Of a stretch of DNA of 61,865 bases, positions 18,523 to 29,600 are shown in pieces. Numbering within the stretch: the first letter of the stretch is position 1; each line of letters begins with the position of its first letter. A model generated the notes under the pieces. It saw only the letters and a list, made by a program, of their open reading frames with translations, was not told where the DNA came from and did not search any database. The translations under genes and the position numbers were made by a program. This DNA is from an uncultured Gammaproteobacteria bacterium (lineage in GTDB: Bacteria > Patescibacteriota > Patescibacteriia > UBA1558 > 2-01-FULL-52-15), in contig CAZASM010000002.1 in NCBI GenBank assembly GCA_964487895.1, positions 1 to 61,865 on the forward strand, given 5' to 3'.

Positions 18523-21009
18523 TTATTGGTGGGCAACTAAAATACTAAAAAAATCTTTCGTCGTTAAAGATCCGGCATAATTAATAACTCGTTGGTTGAC
18601 AGCTAGTGATTCTGGATGCAGAGCGTCATGCCAGACAGTAATCAAAGACGGATCAAGTACTACGGAAGAATCGAAAGTCATATTATGAATGCCAGATTGG
18701 CGTTCAAGTAATAAGCTGTAAGAATCTACATCTTGATACTCAGGGCTCCAGTAATTAATAAAAAGTGAGCCGCTATTCGTGGAGAGGTAAATTTTTTGCG
18801 GTAGACGGTAAGTAATAGAAACTGAAGCTGTAGCACCTGGTTTTACCTGCATCCAGTGGGCGAAAACAGTTTTATCAAATTCCTGTGAAATACGTACTCC
18901 ACTAGCGTCATCAATAGTACTGTCACCACTAATTCCCTTCAAATCCTGATCAACAGTAAAGGTTGAGTCTATCTGACTGAAGAGTGAGCTATCAGGAGCT
19001 CGAAAACCACTTGCTGAAAGAAGTGTGCTACCTTGTGGTACATAAAAGCGCAGGAAATCAACATTATTGAGATAACCAAGAACATCGCTTGCTGGGGCAT
19101 CGTTAGTCTTAGTTAAAGTAGTTGTCACGATGATATCTCCATTGGCCTGAATATCTGCTCGATGATCAACATGGCGCTGAATATAGGCATCGGATTTCCC
19201 ACCACCAAGATTAGTAGACACTACTTGGAGGTAATCTCCACCTGGGTTGCTAGCTATTTTACCAGACCAACCAAGATTATCGAGCTGTTCGGTGCTTTCG
19301 GGATCATTAGAATAGAATTGAATATCTTTTTGATCGATTGCTTTCAAAAGCAGTTCTCCGATTTTCAACTTTTTAGGATAGGCTAAAACTTTTTCAATAA
19401 TGATTGGCGCTAAATCAGTTAACACCTTTTTTGGCTGGTTAAGAGTTTTATCATAGTCAACTTGAACTTCTTGCTGTAGCACCTCATAGACATTAGCTGA
19501 GTTGACAGTCACACCATACTCAGGTAAATCAATTGGTCCAATTTCCGTCAATAATTGTTGTAAAACATCGGAATTAATTGCGACAACAGCGTCAACGGTT
19601 GTGCCGCCAGACTTTTGATAAAACCAGGCCATTTTCTTCGCTGATGTCGGAAAATCAGGCCACCAATTAGCATCCCACATATTCCATGAGTTACCTAGTA
19701 GTTGTAAAGCATAGGGCGGTACAATGGTTGTCTTCAGGCCGGCAGTTACATCGTATGTTCCCCCACCAGGTAAATCAAATTTGGTCATTTTGCCAGCCTC
19801 AAAGTCAGCAACGGCAAAACTACCGGCGAAGCCTCCAGTAGCTCGTATCTCTCGGTTATTTTGGAAAACAAAGAGCACTCTGGATAATTTCTGTCCGCCA
19901 AGTAAAGTATTACTAACATGAAAAATACCCTCGGCCCTCTGTAGCTGCTGGACAAAAGAAGGTAAGGTCCGCTTAATCTCACTTACTCTACCTTGGTATT
20001 CTTCAGGTAGATCAGTAACAGTGATCAGTTCTAAGGTTTTACTGGCTTTATTTAAAACAATACTTACGTTTTTAACCCTTTCGGCTAGGCTATCTAAGCT
20101 AACAGTAATACTTTCCTCACCACTAGCTGTAGCACTTAAAATTGCCGCTGCTTGTGAGAGACTTTGGCCTACTTCTATTAGTTGGTTAGCAAAAGCAACT
20201 TTCGGTCCCAATGATGGCAACGCTTCGACCAAAGACAAGACCGTAGCATTGTAGGTCTGTACTTGATCTTTAATACCGGTGAAATCAGCCTCAGCTAGTA
20301 AAAATTTAGCCTTAGCGTCGGAATAGTCTTGTGCATTAATGGCATTCAGTCCTCCCTGTAAATTCGCTATGGCTTGTTTTCCTTGAGCCAAAATGTTTAC
20401 CTGTGTTCTCGAGACATTCTCAGCTAGCCACAGTGTTTTCACAGGTACAACCAAAATGAGAAAAACTACGGCAAATACAAAACTTGCTTTCAAATAATGG
20501 ACCTGAAATGCCTCTTTCGTTTCGCTCAAGACCTTCTCGCTAGATTTTACGACGACGTTTCGACTGCTTGAAAGTTGTGGTTGTAAGCTTGTAACATCTA
20601 AACCACCAAGTTTAATGTTAGAAGCTTGTTTCGCTCTTGGTCTATTTTGCTGATATTTAGGCCAGACAAAAATACCCGCCTTTCTCTTTGGTTGCTCCAG
20701 CTGACTCCACTTACGTCTAACTGTATTATTTTGTGGCCTTAGGTCAGCTAGGTATTTTGAACTATTTTTAGTTTGACTTAGTGTTACAGTAGAAATGGCC
20801 GTGCTTTTTTTAGCCTGTACGGACTTCGCACCTTGCGCTTCAGCGACGTCTTGATGAATCAAACGAGCTATCTTTTTCTTTGCTTCTAGTCTATTTTTTC
20901 CATTACTAATCAAGCTATAGCTGTTAACATCGTCTGAGCCAAATAAAAATTGATCAATATCCTGATCAAATGTTTCTTTAGGTAATTGGTCGTTATTATT
21001 AGCCATCAA
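18523..21009 (-). CDS. Large membrane-anchored extracytoplasmic protein, DUF4012-like
   Basis: 828 aa with one TM segment near aa 175-195. The FQNNREIRATGGFAGSFA motif matches my recollection of the DUF4012 core. Function unknown. Confidence 0.55.
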   Translation of the reverse strand: MMANNNDQLPKETFDQDIDQFLFGSDDVNSYSLISNGKNRLEAKKKIARLIHQDVAEAQGAKSVQAKKSTAISTVTLSQTKNSSKYLADLRPQNNTVRRKWSQLEQPKRKAGIFVWPKYQQNRPRAKQASNIKLGGLDVTSLQPQLSSSRNVVVKSSEKVLSETKEAFQVHYLKASFVFAVVFLILVVPVKTLWLAENVSRTQVNILAQGKQAIANLQGGLNAINAQDYSDAKAKFLLAEADFTGIKDQVQTYNATVLSLVEALPSLGPKVAFANQLIEVGQSLSQAAAILSATASGEESITVSLDSLAERVKNVSIVLNKASKTLELITVTDLPEEYQGRVSEIKRTLPSFVQQLQRAEGIFHVSNTLLGGQKLSRVLFVFQNNREIRATGGFAGSFAVADFEAGKMTKFDLPGGGTYDVTAGLKTTIVPPYALQLLGNSWNMWDANWWPDFPTSAKKMAWFYQKSGGTTVDAVVAINSDVLQQLLTEIGPIDLPEYGVTVNSANVYEVLQQEVQVDYDKTLNQPKKVLTDLAPIIIEKVLAYPKKLKIGELLLKAIDQKDIQFYSNDPESTEQLDNLGWSGKIASNPGGDYLQVVSTNLGGGKSDAYIQRHVDHRADIQANGDIIVTTTLTKTNDAPASDVLGYLNNVDFLRFYVPQGSTLLSASGFRAPDSSLFSQIDSTFTVDQDLKGISGDSTIDDASGVRISQEFDKTVFAHWMQVKPGATASVSITYRLPQKIYLSTNSGSLFINYWSPEYQDVDSYSLLLERQSGIHNMTFDSSVVLDPSLITVWHDALHPESLAVNQRVINYAGSLTTKDFFSILVAHQ

Positions 21010-21035
21010 ATTTGCGATTATATGGCTACATTATA

Positions 21036-22127
21036 CTAACTCATAGTCTTTTCGTAAAGAGCTAAAGTATCCACAGCCAATTGATGCCAGCTGAACTGTT
21101 GAACCCTCTCTACTCCTAAAACTCGTAATCGTTCGCGTTCTGTTTCACTTGCACACAGTTGAGACAATTTAGTGAGGAAATCATCATGGTTATTAGTTTC
21201 AAAGTAGCTAGCTGCAGAACCATAGACTTCAGGTAAGGAGCTACTATTAGCCGCTAACACAGGTAAACCAAAAGACATCGCCTCTAAACCTGGAATGCCA
21301 AAGCCCTCATACTTTGACGGGAAGATATAGATTTCCGAGGTTTGATACAGCTCAGACAGCTGATCGTCCGTAGCGTCGGGAATAAATGTAATCGGAACAG
21401 CTTCAAACCTCTCATTTTTTAGTTTCTTCATCGCAGCGAAAAAACTGTCTTGATGTCCAGCAATAATTAAAGAGTATTCCGGATGATTCTGATTAAAAGT
21501 CGAAAAGGCCTCCATAAGAAAATCAACATTTTTATGTGGATAGCAATTACCGACATAAAGTAGTTGTTTTTTTCTACTTTGAGATGAATCCTGAACAGGC
21601 CAACGAGATGCTTGGTAAGTAACTGTAATTTTTTCAGCTGGCACTGCGAAGAATTTCAAGATATCTTTTTTCGTATGCTGTGACGTGGCAAGAATATATT
21701 GTGATCTTTTTACTGCTCGTCGCAAAGTTAGGTGGTATGCTTGACGTTTTAACCAATAGAAGAAAGGACCAAGATTAGTCGCGCGAGCCGAAACGGGTAT
21801 AGTTAGAAGAATTAAATCATGAATAGTGACAACAAAAGGTCGCCGATATAGTAGGGGTAAATTAAAATGAGGGAAATGCACTAAATCTAGATGATAGCGA
21901 TTTAATAATTGAGGCAAAAAAATCTGCTCGCGCCAACCATACCAAGGTATATTAGTTGAAATTAAGTGGATCTTAGGATTAACAGTCTCCAGTCCACTGT
22001 CCGGCGGTAGGAATAGATAGAAATCATGCTCAGATTGCAGGTTAATCAACTCCCTGACAAGCTCGGAAACGTACCGACCTAATCCACCGTGCAGACCATA
22101 GAAACGTGCGTCAATGCCAATCTTCAT
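21036..22127 (-). CDS. Glycosyltransferase, GT4 family
   Basis: C-terminal EGFGIPGLEAMSFGLPV (the E-x7-E retaining GT-B motif). Confidence 0.8.
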   Translation of the reverse strand: MKIGIDARFYGLHGGLGRYVSELVRELINLQSEHDFYLFLPPDSGLETVNPKIHLISTNIPWYGWREQIFLPQLLNRYHLDLVHFPHFNLPLLYRRPFVVTIHDLILLTIPVSARATNLGPFFYWLKRQAYHLTLRRAVKRSQYILATSQHTKKDILKFFAVPAEKITVTYQASRWPVQDSSQSRKKQLLYVGNCYPHKNVDFLMEAFSTFNQNHPEYSLIIAGHQDSFFAAMKKLKNERFEAVPITFIPDATDDQLSELYQTSEIYIFPSKYEGFGIPGLEAMSFGLPVLAANSSSLPEVYGSAASYFETNNHDDFLTKLSQLCASETERERLRVLGVERVQQFSWHQLAVDTLALYEKTMS

Positions 22128-23239
22128 AGATTATTGATTAAGGTCAAGGTTTTTTCCGCTGCGGCCTGCCAGTTGTAACGATTTAGAAGGTTGAGATTTA
22201 ACTTTCGTTCCACAGGAAGCGCTAGAACTTGTAAAATCACCTGTGCCAATTCTTGGTAGTTATAAGGATTAACATACCAAGCATTATTTTCCAATAATTC
22301 TGGCATGGCGGTAGTAAAGCTGGTTATTACTGGTGTGCCATAGACAGCTGCTTCCAAAGGCGGAAAGCCAAATCCCTCATAGAAGGAAGGCCAAATAAAT
22401 ACTCTAGCTAATTGATATAGTGCAAATTTTTCTCGCTCAGAAACATAGTCGAGCCAGATTAGATCACTCTGATAGCGTTTTCTTAACACCTGCTGATTTT
22501 GTGACCAGCCAAACTTACCAGCTATAACAAGTTTTAAATCTGGATTACTTTTTCTTACTTCCAAATAGGCGGCAATAACGCTAGCTAAATTTTTGCGTGG
22601 CTCCAAAGTACCAACGTAAAGCAAGAATGATGATGGAAGTTGTAACTTTTCTTCTATCGACTGTACTTCTGCCTGACTTAATACATCATGAGTTAAGCCA
22701 TTGTGGATTACTCTAATTTTTGCAGAAGTAATTTGAGGAAAGAAATGTTGAATGCTCTCTGCTGTTGATTCTGAGACAGCAATAATATCATGAGCCGCTG
22801 TCAGTACTTCATTAAGCCGTAAAGCATAATGCCATAAGCGACCCTTCACATCGTACCATGAAGGTTGGTGTAAAAATGACAAATCATGAACTGTGACCAC
22901 AAAGGGTTTCGGCGCTGGTAATGGTATAAAATTTGGGTGAGGAAAAAAGTAGTTATCTGATTCTATCTGTTTGTAGAGGCTGGAACCAGACCAACCAGCA
23001 GCACAAAGGAGATTAAAATATCTATTGGATTTATTATAGTGTAGATGTTGATCTTGTCTAATTTGAGTTAGTCGCTCGATGTGGTTTATGTTTCCTAAAT
23101 TTGCTCCAGCAGTCCACAGTTTGAAAGCAATATCTGGGTTTGTGGTAATTAGCGCTTCAATCAGTTTGTACTCGTAGACACCTATACCGGTGAGAGCATC
23201 TGACATTAAAGCCCGAACATCAATGGCTAAGCTTTTCAT
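22124..23239 (-). CDS. Glycosyltransferase, GT4 family
   Basis: EGFGFPPLEAAVYGTPV motif. Start set at MKSLAIDV, giving a 20-nt overlap with the upstream gene. Confidence 0.75.
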   Translation of the reverse strand: MKSLAIDVRALMSDALTGIGVYEYKLIEALITTNPDIAFKLWTAGANLGNINHIERLTQIRQDQHLHYNKSNRYFNLLCAAGWSGSSLYKQIESDNYFFPHPNFIPLPAPKPFVVTVHDLSFLHQPSWYDVKGRLWHYALRLNEVLTAAHDIIAVSESTAESIQHFFPQITSAKIRVIHNGLTHDVLSQAEVQSIEEKLQLPSSFLLYVGTLEPRKNLASVIAAYLEVRKSNPDLKLVIAGKFGWSQNQQVLRKRYQSDLIWLDYVSEREKFALYQLARVFIWPSFYEGFGFPPLEAAVYGTPVITSFTTAMPELLENNAWYVNPYNYQELAQVILQVLALPVERKLNLNLLNRYNWQAAAEKTLTLINNL

Positions 23240-24326
23240 ATGTTGACGTTTTAGCTTGCGCGATAAATTCGGTAATCTTTTTCTGGAAAATACTAGAATC
23301 AAAAGTTTCTGCGTGTTGCCGAATAATTAGCGGATCAAAGTCGTTAACTCGAAAACGGATGACAGAGTCAGCTAAGGCTTCCCAATTTTGCTCTGAGAAA
23401 AAAATTCCCGTGACTCCAGGAAGAATAGATTCACAAGCTCCTCCGCGGTTATAAGCTATTACAGGACGACCCGAGGCCATGGCTTCTACCGCAGTAATGC
23501 CAAAATCTTCCTCCTGAGGGTGTATTAGTGCCTGACAGCGCGATAAAAAAGCATTACGCTCTTGATCCGCTAGCTCTCCTAAGAAGGTAATATTTGGCTT
23601 AGCTAAACGACGCAATCGTTGCATTTCTTCTCCACTGCCAATGATATACAGCGGCAGTCGTAAAGCGTTAAAAGCTTTGATAGCTATATCGACACGTTTA
23701 TAGGGTCTAAGACGAGAAACTAATAGATAGAACTTGTCTTGTTTTGCGCTTAAGGAAAAATTTTTCGTTGGTACAGGCGGATAGATGACAACACTTGGAC
23801 GTCGATAATACTTTTGTATACGGTCAGCTATGTAGTTGGAGTTCGCGATAAAATAGTCGACTCGAGAAGCGGCTGCTTGGTCCCATACTCGTAAGCGCGT
23901 TAAAACATGATAAAGATAAGATTTTGCCGGCTCTATTAACGGCAGTTCCTGTAAGTAACGTAAACTGTCGCTCCACAGGTAACGAGTCGGGCTATGACAA
24001 TAACTGATATGGATGGTTTTTGGTGATGTAATAATACCTTTAACAAATGCTGAGCTTGAGGACAATACAACATCAAAATCAGAAAAATCAAAACGCTCCC
24101 AAGCGTTCGGCATTAATGGTAGTAAATATTTGAAGTATTGTTGGCTAGCTGGCAGTCTCTGTAAATATGAAGTAATAATTCTAGCTTGTTCGAAATACTT
24201 ACTTTGATGTCGATTGTGAATTAAAGTATAGATGGGGGCTTGGGGGTATAATTGGGAAAATTCGTGCAGAATATTTTCTGCCCCGCCAGATTGAAACAAG
24301 TGGTCATGAGCTAAAGCCAACTTCAT
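23220..24326 (-). CDS. Glycosyltransferase, GT4 family
   Basis: EDFGITAVEAMASGRPVIA motif and GT-B architecture. Confidence 0.8.
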   Translation of the reverse strand: MKLALAHDHLFQSGGAENILHEFSQLYPQAPIYTLIHNRHQSKYFEQARIITSYLQRLPASQQYFKYLLPLMPNAWERFDFSDFDVVLSSSSAFVKGIITSPKTIHISYCHSPTRYLWSDSLRYLQELPLIEPAKSYLYHVLTRLRVWDQAAASRVDYFIANSNYIADRIQKYYRRPSVVIYPPVPTKNFSLSAKQDKFYLLVSRLRPYKRVDIAIKAFNALRLPLYIIGSGEEMQRLRRLAKPNITFLGELADQERNAFLSRCQALIHPQEEDFGITAVEAMASGRPVIAYNRGGACESILPGVTGIFFSEQNWEALADSVIRFRVNDFDPLIIRQHAETFDSSIFQKKITEFIAQAKTSTYEKLSH

Positions 24327-25717
24327 CAGTAAACGTTTTTATAATTAATCACAGCTGCCGGAGTTTTCGCCAAAATTTTAATATCTTCGATAAGTGTCCA
24401 GTTTTCAATATAGTAGATATCGACTTTAGCCTCATCTTCAAACAGCAGTTTAGACCGACCTGATACCTGGGCAGCCCCTGTAATGCCAGGTTTAATATTT
24501 AGTAATTTTTTGTATTGACTTGTGTACTTAGAAACTTCTTCAGGTTCATGCGGTCGCGGACCTACTAAACTCATAGTTCCGAGCAAAACGTTAATAAGCT
24601 GTGGTAATTCATCAAGACTAGAACGTCGCAAAAAAACTCCCACTTTGGTAATGCGTGGATCATTTTTCATTTTGAATAACGGACCATCTGTGCGTTCATT
24701 AAATTGGAGAATTTCCTTCTTTTGCAGGTGCGCATTATTGACCATTGAGCGGAACTTTAACAAAGTAAATATCTGACCGTATTGACCGACTCGTTTTAGT
24801 TTAATGATGATTGGACCATTGGTGTCGCTGAGAATAGCCAGACTGATCAATAAACCTAAAGGTAGAAGCACTACCAATAAAATAGCCGAAGCAATGATAT
24901 CAAACAGACGTTTGACTACTTTACCCCAGCCTTCTAGTGAGGTTCTTTTGATACGGATTACTGGATAACCAGCTAAAGAAGTCATTTCAAAATTTACCAA
25001 CTGGCTATCTTGCAGACCAGCGACATAGCGAAGTGGCAAATGATGCTCGCTGGTAAATTGCATAATCTGCATTAATTCCGTTCGGTTATTATCTGGATCA
25101 GTAACAATAATCTCATCTATAACAGATTGTTTTGTCAGCTCCACAATACCAGCTGCGGCTTCAGGGCTAAAAGCTGGCCACTCGCCAATTAAAGTATAGC
25201 CCAAGCCTTTGTGTTGCTGATAGAAATCTCTAATGCGATCATGCGCTGGTCCTGTTCCGATTAAAACGTAGTGATATGCTACAACTCCACGAGACAGCAA
25301 AATACTTTTTAGTTTGAAGAGTATCCAGCGCCCTAGAAAAACCATAATAATTGCTAAGACCCAAGCTGTCAGAATAATAAACCGAGAGGAAAAAAGTTCA
25401 CGGCGTAAAAATATTGTAATAATTATAACCAAAAAAGTAGTAGAGACAGCCAAAAAAACCTGTTTAAATTCATCAAATGTCTGCATAGAGGTTTTGATGC
25501 TATACAAACCAGACCAAGCAAAGATAACTAAGGCAAAAAGAGCTACAGAAGCTAAGGAAAAAAAATAGCTAGAAAATGAAACATCAAAAAAAACTGGCCT
25601 GACCTGAGTCACCAATTCTTGATAACGTAATGAGTAACTAATAAGCCCTGCTACAAGTAGCATCAAATAGTCCAAGGGAACTAGCAGAACACTAATAATG
25701 AGGTCGAATTTTTTCAT
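24326..25717 (-). CDS. Priming polyprenyl-phosphate sugar phosphotransferase (WbaP/EPS bacterial sugar transferase family)
   Basis: C-terminal FKFRSM...DPR(I)TKVG...[12 protein letters not shown]...GPRP motifs. Start set at [12 protein letters not shown] because the longer track ORF runs into RNase P RNA. Confidence 0.85.
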   Translation of the reverse strand: MKKFDLIISVLLVPLDYLMLLVAGLISYSLRYQELVTQVRPVFFDVSFSSYFFSLASVALFALVIFAWSGLYSIKTSMQTFDEFKQVFLAVSTTFLVIIITIFLRRELFSSRFIILTAWVLAIIMVFLGRWILFKLKSILLSRGVVAYHYVLIGTGPAHDRIRDFYQQHKGLGYTLIGEWPAFSPEAAAGIVELTKQSVIDEIIVTDPDNNRTELMQIMQFTSEHHLPLRYVAGLQDSQLVNFEMTSLAGYPVIRIKRTSLEGWGKVVKRLFDIIASAILLVVLLPLGLLISLAILSDTNGPIIIKLKRVGQYGQIFTLLKFRSMVNNAHLQKKEILQFNERTDGPLFKMKNDPRITKVGVFLRRSSLDELPQLINVLLGTMSLVGPRPHEPEEVSKYTSQYKKLLNIKPGITGAAQVSGRSKLLFEDEAKVDIYYIENWTLIEDIKILAKTPAAVINYKNVY

Positions 25718-25718
25718 T

Positions 25719-26166
25719 GCTTGTATGTCTAATAAGCCGAATTCTGTAGTTCGACTCTCGCCTTTCGGCGATCGCTCACTATAAATCCCCCAAAAGGGTG
25801 ACTTGTCATGAGCGAGCAAAGCGAGCCGAATGATGATCATCTATCTAGATTCACAGTTGCCTGTGAATTCAAGCAGCTTACCCGTCGAGCTGAGCTCGAC
25901 CTATTTAGCTTTGCACCAGGTAGAGTTTACCTCTTTCTAACTATCACTAGCTAGACGCGTGAGCTCTTACCTCACATTTTCACCCTTACCCCTCGACTCC
26001 ACCTTACGGTTTCGCTCGGGGCGGTATATTCTCTGTTGCACTTGTCCTTGTAGAATCGTTACCAATCCCACAGGTTGGCGTTACCAACTACCATTTTTTG
26101 TGGTGTTCGGACTTTCCTCCACCCATAGCCTTGGCGACGGGTGGCGATCATCTCAGACACACAAGC
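25719..26166 (-). ncRNA. rnpB: RNase P RNA, bacterial type A-like
   Basis: Minus-strand reading shows GGGTGGAGGAAAGTCCGAACACC (P4 5' strand, complement of 26109-26120), GGTAAGGGTGAAAATGTGAGGTAAGAGCTCACG, a GAAA-tetraloop hairpin TCGCCGAAAGGCGA, and ACAGAATTCGGCTTAT (P4 3' strand, complement of 25732-25746). The terminal P1 pairing is GCTTGTGTGTCTGA with TTAGACATACAAGC. Confidence 0.85.
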
Positions 26167-26205
26167 ACTAAGAAAATACTATAAAATGACAAATTTGTCA
26201 ATATT

Positions 26206-27219
26206 CTAACGAGCAGACAGGATACTGCGTTTATATGAATCAAGATTCTCTAAAGCAACACAAGTACCTTTGGCCACACAAAGATGCGCCTCATCGGCAT
26301 TAAAGGCTGGCACGCCAGTAGCTTGAGACAATAACTTATCCATATTTCTCAACAATGAAGTACCGCCAGAAAGAACCATGCCTTTGTCTATGACGTCTGC
26401 TGATAACTCTGGAGGTGTTTTATAAAGGACAGATTTTACTGCATTAATTATACCCTGTAATTCATTTTGTAAAGCGTCGGTAATATCATCAGAAGAGACG
26501 CGAATACTGCGGGGTAACCCGGAAATTAGGTCTCGACCTTTAGCTTCCATTTCTAGCTTTTCACCTTTGAGTAAATATTGCGCCGAACCAATTTTAATTT
26601 TCAATTCTTCAGCTGTACGTTCGCCAATTGCCATATTATATTTGCGCTTGATATATTCTTGGATAGCGGCATCAAATTTATTACCACCAATTCTAACAGA
26701 AGTATTCGCGACCAATCCTCCAAGTGAAATAACAGCAATTTCAGATGTCCCGCCACCCATATCAACAATCATATGCCCAGAAGCAGAGCCAATGGGTATA
26801 TCGGCACCAATAGCGGCGGCAATTGGCTCCTTAATAATATAGGCTGCTCGAGCTCCAGCATTGGTAGCAGCATCGATGACAGCACGACGTTCAGTAGACG
26901 TAATACCAGCAGGTACAGCAATCATGACTTCGGGACGAAAGAAACGTAATCCCGTTGTCGCTTTGCTAATGAAGTATTTCAACATGCTTTCTGTTGTCCG
27001 ATAATCAGCGATCACCCCATCTTTTAATGGACGAGAAGCAATGATTGTATCTGGTGTACGTCCAATCATTTCTTTGGCTTCATCACCAACCGCTAAAACT
27101 CTTTTATCAATAACGGAAATTGCTACCACTGAAGGTTCATTAATAATAATACCGCGCTTGGGTAACGCTACCAGCGTGGTTGTTGTACCTAGATCTATAG
27201 CAATTTTCTTGACAAACAT
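26206..27219 (-). CDS. mreB: Actin-like rod-shape protein, MreB paralog (337 aa)
   Basis: IDLGTTTT, NEPSVVA, DGVIAD, DMGGGTSEIAVISLGG and LSGGTSLLRN, the actin-fold phosphate and adenosine motifs. Confidence 0.85.
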   Translation of the reverse strand: MFVKKIAIDLGTTTTLVALPKRGIIINEPSVVAISVIDKRVLAVGDEAKEMIGRTPDTIIASRPLKDGVIADYRTTESMLKYFISKATTGLRFFRPEVMIAVPAGITSTERRAVIDAATNAGARAAYIIKEPIAAAIGADIPIGSASGHMIVDMGGGTSEIAVISLGGLVANTSVRIGGNKFDAAIQEYIKRKYNMAIGERTAEELKIKIGSAQYLLKGEKLEMEAKGRDLISGLPRSIRVSSDDITDALQNELQGIINAVKSVLYKTPPELSADVIDKGMVLSGGTSLLRNMDKLLSQATGVPAFNADEAHLCVAKGTCVALENLDSYKRSILSAR

Positions 27220-27226
27220 GTTCTAA

Positions 27227-27685
27227 CTATTTAATAACTTCAATAAGATAATGATTGGTCCCACCCGGAGTCTCTAATTCAAATGATTGACCTATCTCTC
27301 TACCAAAGAGAGCCTGACCTAGTGGTGATTCCAAAGATATTTTACCTTCTGATGGGTTAGCTTCAGTAGCTCCAACAATTTCAACTTGTAAATCAATATT
27401 ATTCTTTTTTAATGTCACTTTGGAGCCAACGGTGACAGTAGTAGAATCTGCAGAGTCCACAACCTCTGCTACTTTCAAAATATGCTCTAATTCAATAATC
27501 CGACCCTCAATGAAAGCTTGCTCCTCTTTGGCTTCATGATATTCCGCGTTTTCTGACAAATCACCAAACTCTTTAGCTGTACTAATACGTTCGGCGATTT
27601 GCTTGCGTTTATTGCGTTTCAAATCTTCTAGCTCTTCTTCTAATTTTTTCTTCCCCGCTGGAGAAAGTACGATAGTATCACTCAT
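27227..27685 (-). CDS. greA: Transcription elongation factor GreA
   Basis: Coiled-coil N-terminus with GDLSENAEYHEAKEEQ, plus a C-terminal FKBP-like domain. Confidence 0.9.
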   Translation of the reverse strand: MSDTIVLSPAGKKKLEEELEDLKRNKRKQIAERISTAKEFGDLSENAEYHEAKEEQAFIEGRIIELEHILKVAEVVDSADSTTVTVGSKVTLKKNNIDLQVEIVGATEANPSEGKISLESPLGQALFGREIGQSFELETPGGTNHYLIEVIK

Positions 27686-27704
27686 GATGATAATTCCTAG
27701 TTAA

Positions 27705-29597
27705 TTATTTATTGTACATTGATTCTAAAAATAAACGACTTGCCTTAACTGCGTAGCCAATATCTCCACCCTCTTCGACTAGAATAGTAACCAGAAGCTC
27801 AGGATTGTCTGCCGGAGCAAAGCCAGTAAACCAAGAATGGGGAATTTTGTTCTTATTAAATTGAGCTGTCCCTGTTTTTCCTGCTACTGGTATATTAACG
27901 CTCTGTAAACTCTTAGCAGTACCCTCGCTGACAGTCTCTTTGAGTCCTTTCGTAATGATAGAAATGTTTTCCGCGCTAAGCCAGGAAGCCTTAGTTACTG
28001 GGTAGTCAATAGCTACGGGTTCAGAATCTGAGCTGACGGCTTTCAAAAAATGAGGCCTGATCAATTGGCCCTTTGAGGCAATTATAGAGGTATAGTAGGC
28101 GACTTGTAAAGGGGTTGTTGTTAGATCACCCTGACCGATTGAAAGGTTATAAGTATCGCCCAAAAACCAACGTTCGCCTTTCACTTCTTGTTTCCAATCA
28201 GCTGAAGGTACGAAGCCGTCAGCCTCATTGGGAAAATCGATTCCAATCTCTTTACCGAGATTAAATAAGCCGGAGTATTTCCTAATCTTATCAAGTCCAA
28301 GACCAACTATTGTTTTATTATCACCGCCACCAAGAATATAGAAGAAGGAGTTCACTGAGTCTGACAAAGCGTGATAAATATTTGTCAGACCATGACCTTG
28401 TGGTTTCCAATCAGGAAAAAATGAGCTATTTATTTTTACACCGCCAGTACTATTGACCGTAGTCCGATCAGTAATAACACCCTCCTGCAAACCCGCACTG
28501 GCCATAACAATTTTGAAAGTTGATCCCGGAGGATACTCACCACTAAATAAGCGCATGAAGAGCGGTTTGTCTTCATTAGTTATTAAAGTCTGATAATCTT
28601 TCTCTGATAAACGTGAGCTGAATAAATTATTATCAAATGAAGGTAAAGATACTGCGGCTAATATTTCACCGTTTCTCGGATCCATAACAATTCCTGCTGA
28701 ACGTTTTTTCCCATAGTCATTACTAATAGTTTGCAAAGAAGTATAGAGTTTCTTTTGAATCTCTAAGTCTAATGACAAATAGATATCATTACCTTTGATT
28801 GGTGTTTTCGAAGCTACGCGCTCTAAATCACGACCCAGAGCATCGGTTTCTATTTGCTCATAACCATTTTGACCTCGAAGTTTGCTTTCATACTGAAACT
28901 CAATACCGGTTTTACCGATTAAATCATTATGCGCGTAAGTTTGCAGTTGCGGGTTTTTTTTATCGCTATCTGACAAGCTTCCTGTATAGCCGATAACGTG
29001 AGCTAAGGCATTATCAGCGATATAACTTCTGCTCGGTTCCAGCGTCACCTGTATGCTTGTCTCCGTCCGCGAAAGAGCTAATAATCTCAAGGCTTGTTCA
29101 TAAGGCAATTTCTCTGCTACTAGAATCGGTTGATAACTTGCTAGATCAAGTTTCGGTTGCCAATCAGGAATGGCTAAAATATTACCAATATTTGATGTTA
29201 AAGCCTGCTGTTGCTGAGCTTCTTTTGGCCAATCTAGTGGATTAATATAGAGAAAGAAAAATGAGCTATTGTAAACTAAAGGCTTACCATTACGGTCATA
29301 GATAATACCACGAGGAGCGCGAACTACTACTTGCTTTAATCTATTGCCTTCAGCTTGCTGTAAATATTTTGGACCGCTAACAATTTGTAGATAGACAGCG
29401 CGAGAAAATAGAAGAGTCAAAAAAGCCACAACTAAACCGTAAAAGAGATAGGTTGTTTGACTTTTCAGGCTCTTACCGATCCAAGAATCGGAATGAGAAA
29501 AATATACCGCATCTCCTTCTTCTCTGTCAGCGGTGAAATTTTGGATCTTACCCTCGCGGAATGATCCCTCCTGAATTTTAAATGGATTATCAAGCAT
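27705..29597 (-). CDS. mrdA: Penicillin-binding protein 2 (class B transpeptidase)
   Basis: N-terminal TM segment and dimerisation domain. SxxK (STFK), SxN (SDS/SVN region) and KTGT motifs. Adjacent to mreD and mreC. Confidence 0.85.
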   Translation of the reverse strand: MLDNPFKIQEGSFREGKIQNFTADREEGDAVYFSHSDSWIGKSLKSQTTYLFYGLVVAFLTLLFSRAVYLQIVSGPKYLQQAEGNRLKQVVVRAPRGIIYDRNGKPLVYNSSFFFLYINPLDWPKEAQQQQALTSNIGNILAIPDWQPKLDLASYQPILVAEKLPYEQALRLLALSRTETSIQVTLEPSRSYIADNALAHVIGYTGSLSDSDKKNPQLQTYAHNDLIGKTGIEFQYESKLRGQNGYEQIETDALGRDLERVASKTPIKGNDIYLSLDLEIQKKLYTSLQTISNDYGKKRSAGIVMDPRNGEILAAVSLPSFDNNLFSSRLSEKDYQTLITNEDKPLFMRLFSGEYPPGSTFKIVMASAGLQEGVITDRTTVNSTGGVKINSSFFPDWKPQGHGLTNIYHALSDSVNSFFYILGGGDNKTIVGLGLDKIRKYSGLFNLGKEIGIDFPNEADGFVPSADWKQEVKGERWFLGDTYNLSIGQGDLTTTPLQVAYYTSIIASKGQLIRPHFLKAVSSDSEPVAIDYPVTKASWLSAENISIITKGLKETVSEGTAKSLQSVNIPVAGKTGTAQFNKNKIPHSWFTGFAPADNPELLVTILVEEGGDIGYAVKASRLFLESMYNK

Positions 29598-29600
29598 ATT

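Noticed and set aside
25719-26171. Track ORF 25959-26171 (+) and the first 41 codons of ORF 24326-25840 (-)
   Set aside because: Both lie within the RNase P RNA gene, which has P4 and other universally conserved motifs. They are translation artefacts of a structured RNA.
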